The position numbers were made by a program, and so were the translations under genes. The notes beneath the pieces are model-generated. The model made no database searches, was not told the DNA's origin, and saw nothing but the letters and a program-made list of their open reading frames with translations. A stretch of 64,000 bases of DNA from assembly GCA_964511645.1 (NCBI GenBank), contig CAZEGV010000001.1, positions 11,343 through 75,342 of the forward strand, written 5' to 3'. The stretch comes from an uncultured Cytophagales bacterium (lineage in GTDB: Bacteria; Bacteroidota; Bacteroidia; Cytophagales; JAAEPT01). Positions 61,627-64,000 of this stretch are shown one piece after another. Within the stretch, counting starts at the first letter, position 1, and every line of letters begins with the position of its first letter.

Positions 61627-63521
61627 AAAAGATTTTTAGCACCCTAACACTTATATCTCTTACAAGTTTCATTGCTTTTGCTCAACCTTCCGAAAAAACT
61701 TTATTAAAAGTACCTAAAGATGCCATGATTGTCATGTCATTTAACTTTGAGCATTTTCTCGACAAAGTCAGCACTGATCAATTTAAGTCTTACGAAATGG
61801 TACAGTATGCCTATAAGATGATGAAAAAGGACATGGGAAAAGACAGTACAATTCTAAAAAAACTATATAAAAACCCAAAATCTTACGGATTAGCGATTAA
61901 TCCTGCCTCTGTCTATTTCCTTAAAGTGGATACCGCTGGAAAAAGTGTTAGAGACATGAATTTCACCAATGGGTTTATTGTCCCATTAAAATCAGGAAAG
62001 AAGTTTGAAAAATTAATGGTGCAAACAATGAAAGAAAAATTTATTGATTTTGTAGAACAAGAAAATGGTTACAAATACTACCTTGACAATGGAGTTGTAA
62101 TAGGCTGGGATAAAAAAAATCTTGTGTTAATGCTTTCTACAAATAAAGAAAAAACACTTTCCGAATTGAACCAATTTATGACTCAATCAAGTACAACATC
62201 TATTATTGGTGATGTTACTGCAAAAAAAGCACTTAGTACGGGTAATGACATCACTTATCTTTTAAAGATTGCTCCTCTTTTAGGTGTTTACAAAAAAGTT
62301 TTAGCCAAAGAGTTCAAAGGAGATGATTTCCCTAAAGAGCTGAACCCTTCACGCATACTCTCTTTATTTAACCTAGAAGACCAAAGTTCTACATTAGGGC
62401 TTAACTTTGATAATGGAACAATTGGTTATACTCAAACAAGTACTATAATGAAATCCCAGAGACAATTTAGCGACCTATTACAAAATGAGCGAGTAAACAG
62501 TAAATTCAGACAATACCTTCCTCATAATCAAGTGTATGGTATATTATCATTTGCTACAGACATCAAAAAGATGAGAGCGATGGAATATAACTCTGAAACA
62601 CAAGAAATTGCTGATAGTGTGCAAAGCTATTTTCAAGATGTACTTAAATTGGTATTGTTAGAAAATGACTCTTCTGTTATCCATCTCAAAGAGCAACGAG
62701 ACACATTAAAATGGAATGATTATGATAAAAAGAAAGAACTTTCTAAACAATTAAAAACACTAAAAGACTCTCTTTATGTACAAAAAGCAGACACTTTGCA
62801 GCACGCTATGGATTCGGTACTAACGGCATATAATCTTACTGAAGAAAACCTATGGAACATATTTAAAGGCGATTTCTTATTAGCGTACACAGGTTCTCAA
62901 GCTGTTATAGATACCTTTCTTACACATGATTATATAGAAAATGAAGATGGTGATTACGAATATAAATCCGTAAAAAAAACACGTTCAATCAATATTCCTA
63001 ACTTCAGGACTTTTGCTACATCCAATGCACCTCAACTATTGATTCAAATACTAGACACGTTAGTCTCTAACGAAAAGCTTAATAAAGAAGATGGTTATTA
63101 TGCTTTACCGATTCCGTTTGACAATGGTATTAATTTCTACTTTGCAGTGAAAGATAATATATTTTGTTTGTCTAACGACAAAGACTTTCTAACCAAAACC
63201 TTTATCACAGGCAAAATGGTAGAAAACCCAGTATCTGGAAAAGTGTATGATTTGGCATTTGGCAATATCAGTGCAGGATATTTTGACATTGCTCAAGCCA
63301 TCAACTTATTAGGAGATGCAAGACCAACAGGCTCTAGTGGTATGGTTTTACAAAAATTCCAAGATTTGTTCAACAATATATCAATGACATCCAACTACTA
63401 TAACGGGGAAACTAAATCTCAATTTAACCTCAATATGAACGGAGAAAAGAATAGTATATTACTATTAATGGATATGGGTAATGAGTTATTCTTAGAGTTT
63501 AATGGTGGTAGTCAGCATTAG
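61623..63521 (+). CDS. Exported protein (DUF4836-like)
   Basis: Signal peptide, VPKDA..V.S.N, C-terminal N.NSI..L pattern. Confidence 0.6.
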   Translation: MKKIFSTLTLISLTSFIAFAQPSEKTLLKVPKDAMIVMSFNFEHFLDKVSTDQFKSYEMVQYAYKMMKKDMGKDSTILKKLYKNPKSYGLAINPASVYFLKVDTAGKSVRDMNFTNGFIVPLKSGKKFEKLMVQTMKEKFIDFVEQENGYKYYLDNGVVIGWDKKNLVLMLSTNKEKTLSELNQFMTQSSTTSIIGDVTAKKALSTGNDITYLLKIAPLLGVYKKVLAKEFKGDDFPKELNPSRILSLFNLEDQSSTLGLNFDNGTIGYTQTSTIMKSQRQFSDLLQNERVNSKFRQYLPHNQVYGILSFATDIKKMRAMEYNSETQEIADSVQSYFQDVLKLVLLENDSSVIHLKEQRDTLKWNDYDKKKELSKQLKTLKDSLYVQKADTLQHAMDSVLTAYNLTEENLWNIFKGDFLLAYTGSQAVIDTFLTHDYIENEDGDYEYKSVKKTRSINIPNFRTFATSNAPQLLIQILDTLVSNEKLNKEDGYYALPIPFDNGINFYFAVKDNIFCLSNDKDFLTKTFITGKMVENPVSGKVYDLAFGNISAGYFDIAQAINLLGDARPTGSSGMVLQKFQDLFNNISMTSNYYNGETKSQFNLNMNGEKNSILLLMDMGNELFLEFNGGSQH

Positions 63522-63537
63522 ACCTAATTCCTAATTC

Positions 63538-63574
63538 AAAAAAAGGTCAAGAAATAATTTCTTGACCTTTTTTT
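63538..63574. terminator. Bidirectional intrinsic terminator
   Basis: AAAAAAAGGTCAAGAA-loop-TTCTTGACCTTTTTTT between convergent genes. Confidence 0.85.
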
Positions 63575-63670
63575 GTGCAATAGGGATAGAAACGACATCC
63601 TTTTTTTATCCTAAAACAATAACAAATAAAAAAGATACAGTGAATAGCCTGCCCCATAGGGATTGCCCTA
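63575..63670 (+). repeat. Structured intergenic repeat copy E7 (divergent subtype)
   Basis: GCAATAGGGATAGAAACGACATCCTTTTTT...AAAAAGATACAGTGAATAGCCTGCCCC...GGGATTGCCC. Confidence 0.7.
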
Positions 63671-63679
63671 ATTTTTCAC

Positions 63680-64000
63680 CTATTTAATAAACTTAGGGTT
63701 CTTAAGGTTTTCTGAAGAGAAGATAATATCTAATTTCTCTTTATCTATCCAACCTTTTTCCAATACAATATCATACACCCTTTTACCAGTCCTAAAAGCC
63801 TCTTTTGCTATTTCAGAACATTTCTCATACCCCAAGACAGGATTTAAAGCCGTTACGACACCTACACTATTAGCAACATTGGCCGCACAAACGTCTTCAT
63901 TTGCCGTAATCCCTACCACACACCTATCTATCAAAGTATGAATGGCATTAGTCATTGTATCGGTAGATTGAAAAATAGCGTACGACATCACAGGTTCCAT
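63680..64000 (-). CDS. aspA: Aspartate ammonia-lyase, 3' part (gene runs off the window)
   Basis: EPVMSYAIFQS, GITANE, VTALNPVLGYE...IAKEA class II fumarase/aspartase C-terminus. Confidence 0.85.
   Translation of the reverse strand: MEPVMSYAIFQSTDTMTNAIHTLIDRCVVGITANEDVCAANVANSVGVVTALNPVLGYEKCSEIAKEAFRTGKRVYDIVLEKGWIDKEKLDIIFSSENLKNPKFIK

Overview
AT-rich bacterial chromosomal window, almost certainly Bacteroidota: it has T9SS C-terminal domains, TAnnTTTG promoter motifs and the parA-parB-DUF5683-dapB-lepB order. Most of it is housekeeping or envelope genes (gatB, yggS, coaD, wzm/wzt, rluB-scpB, pabB, comF, parAB, dapB, lepB, leuS, fabG, partial aspA) plus RNase P RNA (rnpB), two GH18 chitinase-like genes and two LRR proteins. 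I saw no CRISPR array, tRNA, rRNA, transposase or integrase. Three things are not explained by the ORF track. (1) A dispersed family of 8 intergenic structured repeats (core AGGGAT...GAGTAGCGAAAGCCCGACC...GGGAAGCCCCAA) has compensatory base changes in its closing stem. It resembles the Flavo-1 motif, and its loops carry interchangeable small hairpin modules, one of them inverted; one copy is reduced to its termini plus a single module. (2) A decaying defence-like island at 42.3-45.6 kb holds a doubly frameshifted GHKL-ATPase/PD-(D/E)xK nuclease gene and a GNAT-like/XRE-HTH toxin-antitoxin-like pair. That pair has a palindromic operator and is bracketed by an exact 16-bp direct repeat. (3) Several accessory genes are broken (META lipoprotein, island genes, SRPBCC-like protein) while core genes are intact. 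All family assignments are from motif recognition by eye; no searches were run.
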